Assembly (NCBI GenBank): GCA_030583845.1
Contig: CP129478.1
Location: 651,686-715,685 of the forward strand
From: Candidatus Dojkabacteria bacterium
Lineage (GTDB): Bacteria > Patescibacteriota > Dojkabacteria > SC72 > JAHDCA01
Reading direction: 5' to 3'
DNA: 64,000 nucleotides
Below the pieces are notes generated by a model that was given only the letters and a program-made list of their open reading frames with translations, ran no database searches and was not told the origin of the DNA. The translations under genes were made by a program, and so were the position numbers. Shown here piece after piece: positions 46,402 through 55,969 of the stretch. The first letter of the stretch is position 1. Each line of letters begins with the position of its first letter.

Positions 46402-46854
46402 ATGGGGAGCAAGTATAAGGGATTCACACTGATTGAGATAGTAGTAGTAATCGGGATAATGATCGCAGCATTTGCTGTCGTTTTTCCACTAACTGTCAGT
46501 CAGATTCGTGAGAATAAGCTGATAAGCACAGCCGAAGAGGTCGCTGGTGCCATTTTCGAAGCCCAGCAGTATGCATATAATAAGAAGAATGGGCTTGGCT
46601 ACGGGATTAAGTTTAATTCGGACTCGTACGAGTATATATCTGGAGCAAACTATAATGAAGCAGTTGCAGACGACCTCTTTACAATCGAATCAGGTGTTGA
46701 TGTTACCGAATCGCTTTTCGGTACTAAAACAGATATCTTCTTCCAGCCCGGCTCTGTGAGGCCCGACGATCCAGGAGAGATAACAATCTCAGATGGTGCG
46801 CTGACAGTCACCGTAAGCATAAACTCAGAGGGTGCAATATTTATAAATGACTAG
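46402..46854 (+). CDS. prepilin-type pseudopilin / minor pilin
   Basis: 150 aa. N-terminal YKGFTLIEIVVVIGIMIAA. Confidence 0.7.
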   Translation: MGSKYKGFTLIEIVVVIGIMIAAFAVVFPLTVSQIRENKLISTAEEVAGAIFEAQQYAYNKKNGLGYGIKFNSDSYEYISGANYNEAVADDLFTIESGVDVTESLFGTKTDIFFQPGSVRPDDPGEITISDGALTVTVSINSEGAIFIND

Positions 46855-48835
46855 ACTCAGCAAAGCCAAAAATCGAGAGAATTATCGATATAGCGGCCTT
46901 AGCCTTGTTGAGATCCTCATCGTAGTCGGAATTCTTGGTACGATAATTGGTGTGATGTCATTCTTCTCAATCGACACCATGCGCTTCCACCAAAATAGCC
47001 GCAATAAGACCTTAGCCGCCGTGAAGATTGAGGAGCTAACCAGAGCTTTGGAGACAGTAAAAGGCAGCAACTGGTCGCAGCTCTACTCGTCGCTTGACGA
47101 TGGGGCAATGCATCTGCAATTCAGCGGCAACCAGTACTCGATAGTCGCTGGCGCCTCTACCGACGACAATATGAACCTAAGCTTTAGCACAGAACGTGTT
47201 TATAGAGACGCTTCGCGCAATATTGTCAGCAGCGGAGGCACTGAAGATATACACACGCTGAAGCTGAATGTGCAAGTCACATGGAATGATTTCCTTGGCG
47301 CATCACAGAACCTCAACACTACTATGTATGTTAATAACTGGGAAATTCAGAAATTTGACGACACGACCGAAGCGAATTTTGATGCTGGCACACTCTCAGA
47401 TACGTACGTCGAAAATGACGAGGGCGGAGAAATCTGGCTTGGCACAGTCTTTTATCCCGATTGGTGCAATCCTTCGCTCTCTATCAACCAGTACGATATC
47501 CCGGGATCTGCTACTGCGACTACAGTATTTGCCCGCCCTGGGTATGCCTATCTCGGCACAGCAGGCTCTTCTTCTGGTATATCTGTCACCAAGCTATCGA
47601 TAAATGGTGTCGATCCACCAGTGGTAGCGGTTGATCATGAGTATGACAACTATCTGGTTAATAATATTTTCGTATTAGGCAACTATGCCTACCTTGCAAC
47701 CACCGACGATAACAAAGAGGTAGTGATACTCGATATCTCGGTCACACCTTTTGTCGAAGTTGGGCATTATAATGGCTCGGGCACAAACAACGGATATAGC
47801 GTCTGGGTAGATGGTAGAGGGGTTGGTTATCTTGCTCAAGGCCGTAAGGTAGACACATTTGATGTTGGCTATACTGCGGGCAATCCTGGAACCGCCGCAG
47901 CCAACACAGGTGCAAGGACAAGTCTAGATGAGCTAAACCTGGTGTGGCTATTTGGGACTGTGAGCCAGGTAATCGTTATCGGTGACTATTTGTATGCCTC
48001 TCTCAACAATGACTGGTACGAGCTAGGTATTGTAAACGTCGCGGCTCCAAATAACATCTCAGTAACTTCTCAAACCACTGTAAATAACCAACAGGTGCAA
48101 GATATCTATATGTCTGCTGACGGCAGTCGTGCCTATTTTGGTACTAATAGCTCCTCTAGCGAGCGTGAGTTCTTCATACTCGACACGACTACGAAAACTG
48201 GTTCTCGACCCATTGTGGGTAGCTATGACACGAACGGTATGTCTGTGCGTGGTCTTGCACTACTCGAGGAGGATGACCGAGTTGTGCTCGTCGGAACAAG
48301 CGCAGAAGAGTATCAGGGGCTTGATATTAGCAATGAGAACTCACCAACAAAGTGTGGCGGTATGCAGATAAACAATGGAATCTACGATATCGATACAGTG
48401 GTCGACGGAGATGGAAATGCTTTCTCATACCTGATGACAGGTGACACTACAAGCGAGTTTAAGATCTTGCGTGGCGGTCCCGGCGGTGGTGGTGCAAACG
48501 GATATGGCTATGTGCCCGAAGGGTACTTTACTTCGAGAGTCTTCGATACAACTAGCGCAACTCCGACCTACTACAATTTCGCATGGAACGGTGACCTACC
48601 CACTAATACAAATGTGCAGGTTCAGCTGCGGAGCGGTGATACAGCTAACTTGAGCGGACAGCCTTGGCGTGGCCCAGATGGCACCGCTTCGACATACTTC
48701 ACAGGATTCACTACAAATACGCTGCCATCACAGCTTCAGAATCATCGATATATTCAGTACAGATTACGCTTAACTAGTGGAGATATCGCTGAATCTCCAG
48801 TATTTAAGGATATTTCACTTTTTTATTCGGAATAA
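46847..48835 (+). CDS. giant pseudopilin with prepilin N-terminus and beta-propeller-like (LVIVD-repeat-like) domain, candidate pilus-tip adhesin
   Basis: 662 aa. N-terminal YSGLSLVEILIVVGILG. Repeated blocks GNYAYLATTDDNKEVVILDIS, IGDYLYASLNNDWYELGIVNV and ADGSRAYFGTN. Confidence 0.6.
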   Translation: MTRLSKAKNRENYRYSGLSLVEILIVVGILGTIIGVMSFFSIDTMRFHQNSRNKTLAAVKIEELTRALETVKGSNWSQLYSSLDDGAMHLQFSGNQYSIVAGASTDDNMNLSFSTERVYRDASRNIVSSGGTEDIHTLKLNVQVTWNDFLGASQNLNTTMYVNNWEIQKFDDTTEANFDAGTLSDTYVENDEGGEIWLGTVFYPDWCNPSLSINQYDIPGSATATTVFARPGYAYLGTAGSSSGISVTKLSINGVDPPVVAVDHEYDNYLVNNIFVLGNYAYLATTDDNKEVVILDISVTPFVEVGHYNGSGTNNGYSVWVDGRGVGYLAQGRKVDTFDVGYTAGNPGTAAANTGARTSLDELNLVWLFGTVSQVIVIGDYLYASLNNDWYELGIVNVAAPNNISVTSQTTVNNQQVQDIYMSADGSRAYFGTNSSSSEREFFILDTTTKTGSRPIVGSYDTNGMSVRGLALLEEDDRVVLVGTSAEEYQGLDISNENSPTKCGGMQINNGIYDIDTVVDGDGNAFSYLMTGDTTSEFKILRGGPGGGGANGYGYVPEGYFTSRVFDTTSATPTYYNFAWNGDLPTNTNVQVQLRSGDTANLSGQPWRGPDGTASTYFTGFTTNTLPSQLQNHRYIQYRLRLTSGDIAESPVFKDISLFYSE

Positions 48836-49333
48836 ATGAGCAAAGCAATCAAAAAATACAGCGGGATCACATTAATTGAGGTGCTGGTATATATGGCACT
48901 GTTCGGGGTAGTGTTTGCGCTAGTAGTGGGTGTGCTTATCCAGACACGCGAGCAGAATAGACGAGCACGTGACTCGATAAAGATCGAGCAGAACATGATG
49001 TTTATCGATGAGCATATAAACATGGTTTTTAACGATGTCGACTCTATAAATGCAGCTGGCTCTGTTTTCGATAATGACACCGGGACTTTGCAACTAACTT
49101 TGAACGATGCCTCGACTGTCGAATATGAACGAGTGGGTGGTACACTCAATTTCACAAGGGATTCAACAACATCCCCGCTAAGCAATAATGCCGTGACGGT
49201 ATCACAGTTTAGGATCGAACAGGTGCTAGATGAGGATAGCAATCTTATAGGAGTGCGTGTGAGCTGCGAGGTAAATTCTCAGTTTGATTCAGATAACTCG
49301 AAATCTTGGAGTAATCTTTATTACATTCAATAA
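48836..49333 (+). CDS. prepilin-type pseudopilin / minor pilin
   Basis: 165 aa. N-terminal YSGITLIEVLVYMALFGVV. Start abuts the upstream stop. Confidence 0.65.
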   Translation: MSKAIKKYSGITLIEVLVYMALFGVVFALVVGVLIQTREQNRRARDSIKIEQNMMFIDEHINMVFNDVDSINAAGSVFDNDTGTLQLTLNDASTVEYERVGGTLNFTRDSTTSPLSNNAVTVSQFRIEQVLDEDSNLIGVRVSCEVNSQFDSDNSKSWSNLYYIQ

Positions 49334-49335
49334 TT

Positions 49336-49725
49336 ATGGCTAATGCTCAATCAACAGCAAAATATGAAGGAGCCATCGCCCTAACAACAATGCTCGTAGT
49401 TATGGCAGTTCTTACTGCTTCTGGAATCGCACTGGTCTTAACCAGCATCAACCTGCGGAATTCAACTCGAGCTTATTACAATGCTAAGGTTGCCGCAGCA
49501 TATGTCACTAACTGCCTTGAGGAGAGCGTAGATCGATTAAAAATTGATAAATCATACACCGGCACAATGGAGATAACTTTGGATGGAGGGGACTGCACTG
49601 TAGTCGTTAGCAATGCCGCACAGCAGGACATTAAAGTGATCGATGTTACTAGCACAGCAGACCAATACGAGGTAGATAGGCAGTTTAGACTTGATACCTC
49701 AGATTATCCATACACATTGGAGTGA
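49336..49725 (+). CDS. PilX-like minor pilin candidate
   Basis: 129 aa. Hydrophobic N-terminal helix without a canonical G|FTLIE leader. Confidence 0.4.
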   Translation: MANAQSTAKYEGAIALTTMLVVMAVLTASGIALVLTSINLRNSTRAYYNAKVAAAYVTNCLEESVDRLKIDKSYTGTMEITLDGGDCTVVVSNAAQQDIKVIDVTSTADQYEVDRQFRLDTSDYPYTLE

Positions 49726-49757
49726 TTTGCAACGGATAGAGCGACACATATGTTAGC

Positions 49758-52700
49758 TTATGGCTTGAACCCGACCTCTTGCTTGATTGCCTCTCGGTCG
49801 TTTGAGAACACAGCTCGTGCGATCTCGTAGTAGCGCGTATCGTGGTGTAGCACATATGTAGGGTATGTGGCGTTATTTGCTAATCGCAATGTCCTATCCA
49901 TTTCGATAGATTTGCCATTCTCACTTGTACCGAAAGCCAAGAGACTACCGCGGACTTTGAGTCCATCTCTTATAGGTTGTCCCAGATCAACCTCGGGGAT
50001 ATCGATCTTCCCATCGGCGATTATAAATGTGTTTAAAGTATCATATTTAGGATATGCGGATCCGCTTGAACGATACAGGCCATCATTGATTGTCACATTG
50101 CCTGACACGACAAATATGCAGCCGTTTCGGTTATTGTCATTCACTATATCTTGATCGATTGTGAGCGATGGTAGGAAAAATACAGCGGGAACATTGCATG
50201 TAAATGGTTGTGCCCCCCCGATCACTGCGGCTGCATTGCTAATTACAATGCAAGGGTTGCCGTTAGTTGTCGTACATCCTGTAACCCCTGAAGCATATGT
50301 TGGCATTGCTCCACCTGCGAATGTACCTACATTCACATCGGCAGGTGAGGACTGAATAGTTTTCTGTGCAGATTCTAATAGATCTTCATACCAGCTCCTG
50401 TTGTTATTGTCGGCATAGTTAGGTGATCTAAATAGGAAGTTATTCGCGCTATTTTTAAAGATAGCTTGGGGAATAGTGCTGCTACCTGCTCCGATCCATT
50501 CAGTTGTGATGTCAATTGTGTCTGTAGCGAAGTTGAATGGGTATGTGGTAAATGTGGTACATCCAGGCACGCTAAGGCATAAGTTTGGATGGTCTGGGTC
50601 GTACTCTCTCACAGTGACGGTATCAGTTATTTCATCTGTGTAAACAAGACCTGCACGTGTGACCATCCATGGTCTGAAGATATCCTCGAATATTGTACTC
50701 GATGGGTTGTTGTTCATGTTGCAGGCTCGATCTACTGCATATCCGTCGAATACCAACGAGCCAGAATCATTATCACCGATATTGATCCACTCTGTCTCAT
50801 TTTGGGTCTGAGGTGCTCCAGTTATATCTAGCTCGCGAAGGTATTGTGACTCAGGTCTATCATCATTGTAGTCACCATCAGGGTTATTTGGATTGTCAGC
50901 TGGCCATGGGTTGTACCAAGCGACAGGCTGACCTGGGAAGTTGTTGTTTGAAGCAATAGGAGCAATTGTTGGACCACCATCCTGCAGTAAACCTTCCATA
51001 TAGTAGTTATCCAGTCCAGTAGCACCAGTATGCTGATCTTGAGCGCTCCAAGGTACTGCTATAACCTCTGCGTTTACGATCGAAGCAGTATCTAACGTGA
51101 CTGTTGGGCGAACTAAGTCAATGGTCGTAGTGCCTCGGTTGTGCATTACATGTCCAGATGTATAGTTCACGATGCTCTCGCCAGGTAGGTTTGCTGTGTC
51201 GTCCATTTTGCCCATCTCATCCTTTGTCAGCCACAAGTTGTGGTATGTGCCGCTCCACGAGCCTGTGCCTTCGCCGTTGAACTGTACTTGGAAGTTTGCA
51301 ATAGCGTTGTTACCGTTCTGCTGATAGAGCACATATGTACCTGTGTTCCAGTTTCCTCCAGTGGCCCCTTTAAGTGTTGCGCTATAACCGTTACCGTGAA
51401 TTGTCAGGTCACCCTGCAGGTACCACACATTGTATTGAACACCCCCAACGGTCGCAGTAGTCGCGACACCATCTGACCATGAGTGGCTGTCTTCCGCGTA
51501 ACACCATACATTCCGATCTGAAGATGTCCTCGCAGTCAATGTGTTGGCAACATTGTTCGGATCTGTGAAGTTAGGTGACCAACCGCTGTTGGCTGTGGTG
51601 AGTGGGAAATCGGTCTGGTTTGACCTGATGCATCGCTGCGTCCCTGACCCATCAACCCTAGAGTCACGTATAAAGAAGGTGTTTGCGGCAAACGCCTGAT
51701 AGCCAGGGAGTGTCAGCTTCTTAGAGAAAATAATGCTCAATGGCAGATACTTCTGATTGTCCCCGCCAAGCATAGCAGGTGTAGCAAGAGAGAATTCCAT
51801 GCGATCGATATCGGCAGATCCGTCAGGATCGTTCACAGTCATGCTGTAGTTTGTCGGATTATTATCAACACAGGCTGGGCCATTGTCGTTATCTGTAGCC
51901 GTACCTACAATTGGATTGTCGTCATGATCCGGCGTAGTGGCGGTAATTGAAGGGGCCTGATTTTGGAATCTCAGGAGACAATCTCCACCATCACAGGTGC
52001 CTCCTACCGGCTGGTACATATCCCAACCGTTACAGAAGTTCTGGGTTACATTGTCATATACATTTGTAGTCGTCCAGAAGCCTTGAGTATCGATATCATT
52101 ATAGTAAGGGTTCCCGACAAATTGAGCCTTCATCTGGTCGATTGAAGAGGTGAAGACTCCACTGTTTTGTCCACTAGCTATATATGGACACACCCACTGT
52201 GCCCCAGGGTCGGGATCGGTGGCAATCTTGTAGCAGAATCGGAGGTGTCGTGGATTACCGTATGGGTCGGTCTCTCCTGCTGTTACATCTATACTGAACT
52301 GGTTTTGACCATAGTTGGCATATCTTCCTCCTAAAATTCGCCCTGCCCCAGGATTGAAAGTAAAGGCGTCACAGAATGGGGGGAGGTTCGGTGCCCATTG
52401 GAACGATCTAGTAGTTGATGTCTCTCCACATAGGTTGTAAGCCCTTATCTCGATTGTGCGAGTCGTGCCTGGCCACGAAGGGTCAACAGATGTAATAGTG
52501 CATTGTGTGCCAGTAAGGTATGCGTTTTGTCCACTCCCTGTGTGACCGGAGCACCTTTCTGTAATGTTTGCGCCATCCATATATAGACGGAAGGTTCCAA
52601 CACCAGAGTGGCTTTGATATTGGCATTGGTTATTGCTACATGCTGAGGAATTTGTATCAGCGCCCCAACTTCCGAGAGTCCATGTAAGTGTTGTACCTGT

Positions 52701-53249
52701 GTGTATTGTGGATCCGGCGGCCGGTGCGGTGTAGTTTAAGCCTGATGGTGGGGTACAGGTGGGTGAACAGCTGCAAGGTGGGGGTGGGGGAGGGGGATTG
52801 CAGGTACAACTACTAGAACATCCATTCGAACAATTTCCTAGACTCCCGTCACATTCTTCTCCTGGGTCGAGCACACCGTTTCCGCAGTTTGGAGGTGGTT
52901 CTGAGGGTGGGATACAGCCGTTGCAATAATCGCCGGCGGGCAAGCTTCGTGGGCTTGTAATGCAGTTTTCCACTCCACAATAATCCAACCCCATGTAGTC
53001 CAGCCCTTGATGAAAACATCGAGGTGTTCCAGAATGTCCAGCAGGGCATTGCGGAAACTCTCGTTCACACTCAACTGTTACCCATTCATCTCCCTCGCAA
53101 CCCTGTTCCGTCACTTCGCAAGTTGTCCAGCTCCATACACCACAAGTAAAGGCTAAAGCCTTGTCAGCGAGAACAAAATGAAAAGTAAATAGCAGTGCTA
53201 CGACTAATCCTAGTACAGATATGTTTCTACCTAGAGCTCCATTATTCAT
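49758..53249 (-). CDS. very large Cys-rich secreted protein with poly-Pro hinge, candidate surface adhesin
   Basis: 1163 aa. Signal peptide MNNGALGRNISVLGLVVALLFTFHFVLADKALA. About 30 Cys in the first 150 aa. CNPPPPPPPCSCSPTCTPP hinge. Rest is Gly/Thr/Asn-rich beta-type sequence. Confidence 0.5.
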   Translation of the reverse strand: MNNGALGRNISVLGLVVALLFTFHFVLADKALAFTCGVWSWTTCEVTEQGCEGDEWVTVECEREFPQCPAGHSGTPRCFHQGLDYMGLDYCGVENCITSPRSLPAGDYCNGCIPPSEPPPNCGNGVLDPGEECDGSLGNCSNGCSSSCTCNPPPPPPPCSCSPTCTPPSGLNYTAPAAGSTIHTGTTLTWTLGSWGADTNSSACSNNQCQYQSHSGVGTFRLYMDGANITERCSGHTGSGQNAYLTGTQCTITSVDPSWPGTTRTIEIRAYNLCGETSTTRSFQWAPNLPPFCDAFTFNPGAGRILGGRYANYGQNQFSIDVTAGETDPYGNPRHLRFCYKIATDPDPGAQWVCPYIASGQNSGVFTSSIDQMKAQFVGNPYYNDIDTQGFWTTTNVYDNVTQNFCNGWDMYQPVGGTCDGGDCLLRFQNQAPSITATTPDHDDNPIVGTATDNDNGPACVDNNPTNYSMTVNDPDGSADIDRMEFSLATPAMLGGDNQKYLPLSIIFSKKLTLPGYQAFAANTFFIRDSRVDGSGTQRCIRSNQTDFPLTTANSGWSPNFTDPNNVANTLTARTSSDRNVWCYAEDSHSWSDGVATTATVGGVQYNVWYLQGDLTIHGNGYSATLKGATGGNWNTGTYVLYQQNGNNAIANFQVQFNGEGTGSWSGTYHNLWLTKDEMGKMDDTANLPGESIVNYTSGHVMHNRGTTTIDLVRPTVTLDTASIVNAEVIAVPWSAQDQHTGATGLDNYYMEGLLQDGGPTIAPIASNNNFPGQPVAWYNPWPADNPNNPDGDYNDDRPESQYLRELDITGAPQTQNETEWINIGDNDSGSLVFDGYAVDRACNMNNNPSSTIFEDIFRPWMVTRAGLVYTDEITDTVTVREYDPDHPNLCLSVPGCTTFTTYPFNFATDTIDITTEWIGAGSSTIPQAIFKNSANNFLFRSPNYADNNNRSWYEDLLESAQKTIQSSPADVNVGTFAGGAMPTYASGVTGCTTTNGNPCIVISNAAAVIGGAQPFTCNVPAVFFLPSLTIDQDIVNDNNRNGCIFVVSGNVTINDGLYRSSGSAYPKYDTLNTFIIADGKIDIPEVDLGQPIRDGLKVRGSLLAFGTSENGKSIEMDRTLRLANNATYPTYVLHHDTRYYEIARAVFSNDREAIKQEVGFKP

Positions 53250-53910
53250 AACTAATAATCCTCAAATCATAGTTGAAATTTGCGCCATATATTACGGGGT
53301 ACAGATCTATGTTGCCAGGGCCAAGCTCTTCAATTGTTTCATAGCGCAGGTAATCATTATGTAGCCTCTGCAATGCACAGTAATATTCGGACTTATTCCC
53401 TGACTGTGAGCAGAACTCATCGGTTAGCTGAGAACTGTCTGGGGCAGCAGCTAAGTATTTTATGTTAATTTGCTCACCAATCTTGATACCTTCTCTAAAT
53501 CCTTCAATTCCCTTCTTGTCCCGCCCAGCGTAATTAAGTGTAAAATCATTTGTAAATCCAGACTTATCATCAATCGGTAAATCTCCAGTTATGATAAATT
53601 TCACCTTCACACAGTTATTATTTATGTCAGGTAGCTTGCCCACTAAATATTGAATGTCATTTTCTTCAATCACCTCTTCAACTACTGGCTGGACACTGTA
53701 TAGCTTCCAGATACTACCTACTGAAACCGTAACATCACCATCTTCACCGCCATAATAGTAAAGTGAATCATCCATTTGGCACTTTTCTACAGTCTCGTCT
53801 GGTGAATCGCTCTCTCTCCGAAGAATAAACAAAGAGCCCATAACTACGGGAATAAGAACGACCAATATTGCTATTGCATAGAGATAACTCTTGCGGAGTG
53901 TAACCTTCAT
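53242..53910 (-). CDS. membrane-anchored hypothetical protein
   Basis: 222 aa, N-terminal TM. Overlaps the downstream gene start by 8 nt. Confidence 0.4.
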   Translation of the reverse strand: MKVTLRKSYLYAIAILVVLIPVVMGSLFILRRESDSPDETVEKCQMDDSLYYYGGEDGDVTVSVGSIWKLYSVQPVVEEVIEENDIQYLVGKLPDINNNCVKVKFIITGDLPIDDKSGFTNDFTLNYAGRDKKGIEGFREGIKIGEQINIKYLAAAPDSSQLTDEFCSQSGNKSEYYCALQRLHNDYLRYETIEELGPGNIDLYPVIYGANFNYDLRIISYE

Positions 53911-53999
53911 GTCTTGGTTAGGTGTTTAATTTTCACACCTAAGCGTAATAGTAGGGAACATTGTTGTCAAGCAGGGATTAGAGGATGCGTAATCTCTAG

Positions 54000-55712
54000 T
54001 TAGTATCCAGCGTCGGCTTCTTCCAATTGACTTGGCTCATCTTCTTGTGGTTGCTGCATAAGCTCATGCTGCCACTCCGCTAACTTTTCACCCCACCCTG
54101 GTATCGTCGGCAAGAGTCTTAATTCTAGCTGATCACCATTATTTACGACCTCATAGACTGAGTAACTTTGTACAGACCTGTGAGTAACTAATACTAACTG
54201 CCCCTCTGTAAGCCATGATAAAATGTTTTCATCTGTTATTTGAGCAGTACCTAGTAACGGGGAGCTATCCTCGTTTATCACCCGGAATTCGAAAGGATCA
54301 TCCACGTTCCATTGGTGAGCACTCACATTGCCCGGAGACCTTTCAACTCCGAAATATGTGTCGCCGTTGCTATCTTGGATTGGGCCTGTTGGCTTCCATG
54401 CAATGGCTAATGGCCCTAATGCCATAATCAAAGTATTTTCATCAAGGAAGGGCAGAAGGTCAGAAGCGGCTACATAGTATTCCATATACTGCCCAGCCTC
54501 GTTTTTAACTACAAGCCTGAGATAAGGGGTATAAGCAATCTCACCATTCTCCGCTTCAATAACTCTTACATGTGAACCGTTAAGATACACGCAAGTATCT
54601 TGATCAAAAACAAGTGGCACTCCAGCATGCTCGGCGGGAGCCTCTCCATTCGTTCTAAAATTTATAGGAGCGGTTCTATCTTGTCCGTTTGTCATATTTA
54701 TACTGACCCTATAGGTCACACCATCAACGCGATATTCCGGGATAAAATAACGATTTATCTCTGTACCTTGCGGTATCATTATCTCTGGACCACTTATGCC
54801 TCTTACACCGTCTACCTCGCATGTGTTAGCTACTGGGGGCAACCAGGTCGGTGTGAAGGTTGGAGTCGGTGTATTCGTTGTGGTTTGTGTTGGAGTTGAA
54901 GTAGGGGTATGAGTGTTGGTAGCTGTAGCTGTAGCGGTCGGGGTTGATGTGCTTGTAGGAGTCTGGGTGTTCGTAGCTGTTTGACTAGCCACTTTATCGT
55001 GCGTTAATGCAGGTGCAGGAGTCCTGGTTGGTATTGATGCCTCTTTACTGTATAAATTTCCCCCTGCGCTTACCTGAGCACCACATGCAGTAAGAAATCC
55101 CGCTAAAAGGACGAGTAATGCCGCCCCTCGACGTCCCACTCGGAATCTGCTAATTGGTTCACCAGCCTGCACTCGCCTAGTAGCATCACCAAGGAACATG
55201 CCTATGAAGAGTGCATGCGCTTTTATATATGAATCCACATTGCTATCTACCCTGTCAGTCATTATAGCACTCCTTGCTTCCTGTAAAGCAAGCCATGCTT
55301 CGTACTGCTGTGGCATAAGTCTTTCGATCTCGCTGACCTCCATACTACTGAATAGTGTATCGGCTGATTTAGAAATAGCCGTTGCCATCCTGACAATGTC
55401 TACAATTCTTTGGCGTGTAAAGTCTTGTATAACTTCTGATCCTAATCCTTCTGTAGTGCAGGAATAGTTGTTTTTAATGTATGTTTCGAGCCCAACTGTG
55501 TTGGTCAAAAACAGTGGATATTCATCTTTTTCGCCAGTTAGGAGGTATGCAGGGACTGTGTATTTATTCTCAATTACTTCACGCATTAATAAGTTTGCTG
55601 CTGTAGCGCTAGGATCTATCCCATCATCATGGATCTCAGGGATATGTTCTTCGGGACGCCGATCTGTCTGATGTGTATCCACGTCAGATTGCTTTCTAGA
55701 CCAAAAGCTCAT
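54000..55712 (-). CDS. bitopic hypothetical protein: cytoplasmic N-domain, TM, Thr/Pro-rich linker, extracytoplasmic C-domain
   Basis: 570 aa. TM AALLVLLAGFLTACGA. 45-aa TPTSTSTPTATATATNTHTPTSTPTQTTTNTPTPTFTPT linker. Confidence 0.4.
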   Translation of the reverse strand: MSFWSRKQSDVDTHQTDRRPEEHIPEIHDDGIDPSATAANLLMREVIENKYTVPAYLLTGEKDEYPLFLTNTVGLETYIKNNYSCTTEGLGSEVIQDFTRQRIVDIVRMATAISKSADTLFSSMEVSEIERLMPQQYEAWLALQEARSAIMTDRVDSNVDSYIKAHALFIGMFLGDATRRVQAGEPISRFRVGRRGAALLVLLAGFLTACGAQVSAGGNLYSKEASIPTRTPAPALTHDKVASQTATNTQTPTSTSTPTATATATNTHTPTSTPTQTTTNTPTPTFTPTWLPPVANTCEVDGVRGISGPEIMIPQGTEINRYFIPEYRVDGVTYRVSINMTNGQDRTAPINFRTNGEAPAEHAGVPLVFDQDTCVYLNGSHVRVIEAENGEIAYTPYLRLVVKNEAGQYMEYYVAASDLLPFLDENTLIMALGPLAIAWKPTGPIQDSNGDTYFGVERSPGNVSAHQWNVDDPFEFRVINEDSSPLLGTAQITDENILSWLTEGQLVLVTHRSVQSYSVYEVVNNGDQLELRLLPTIPGWGEKLAEWQHELMQQPQEDEPSQLEEADAGY

Positions 55713-55969
55713 TGATCCGATGTAATAATTTTATGGCCAATTATACTATAATTCACCCTATAGTTCAATCTGTGAAGCTGGCGACTATGGGCGTGACTTG
55801 GTGTAATTACACTGGCAATATCTCACTGCGTAAAGCAATAAATTGGCACTTTCAAGCACCAATGTCGTGATACGACAATCTCAGCACCTAGCTATGGGTT
55901 GGCAATGAGGTTTGTAAAAGATTAAGGAAGAATTTAACTTCTTAGCCCAATACAAAGATATCTCAAACG

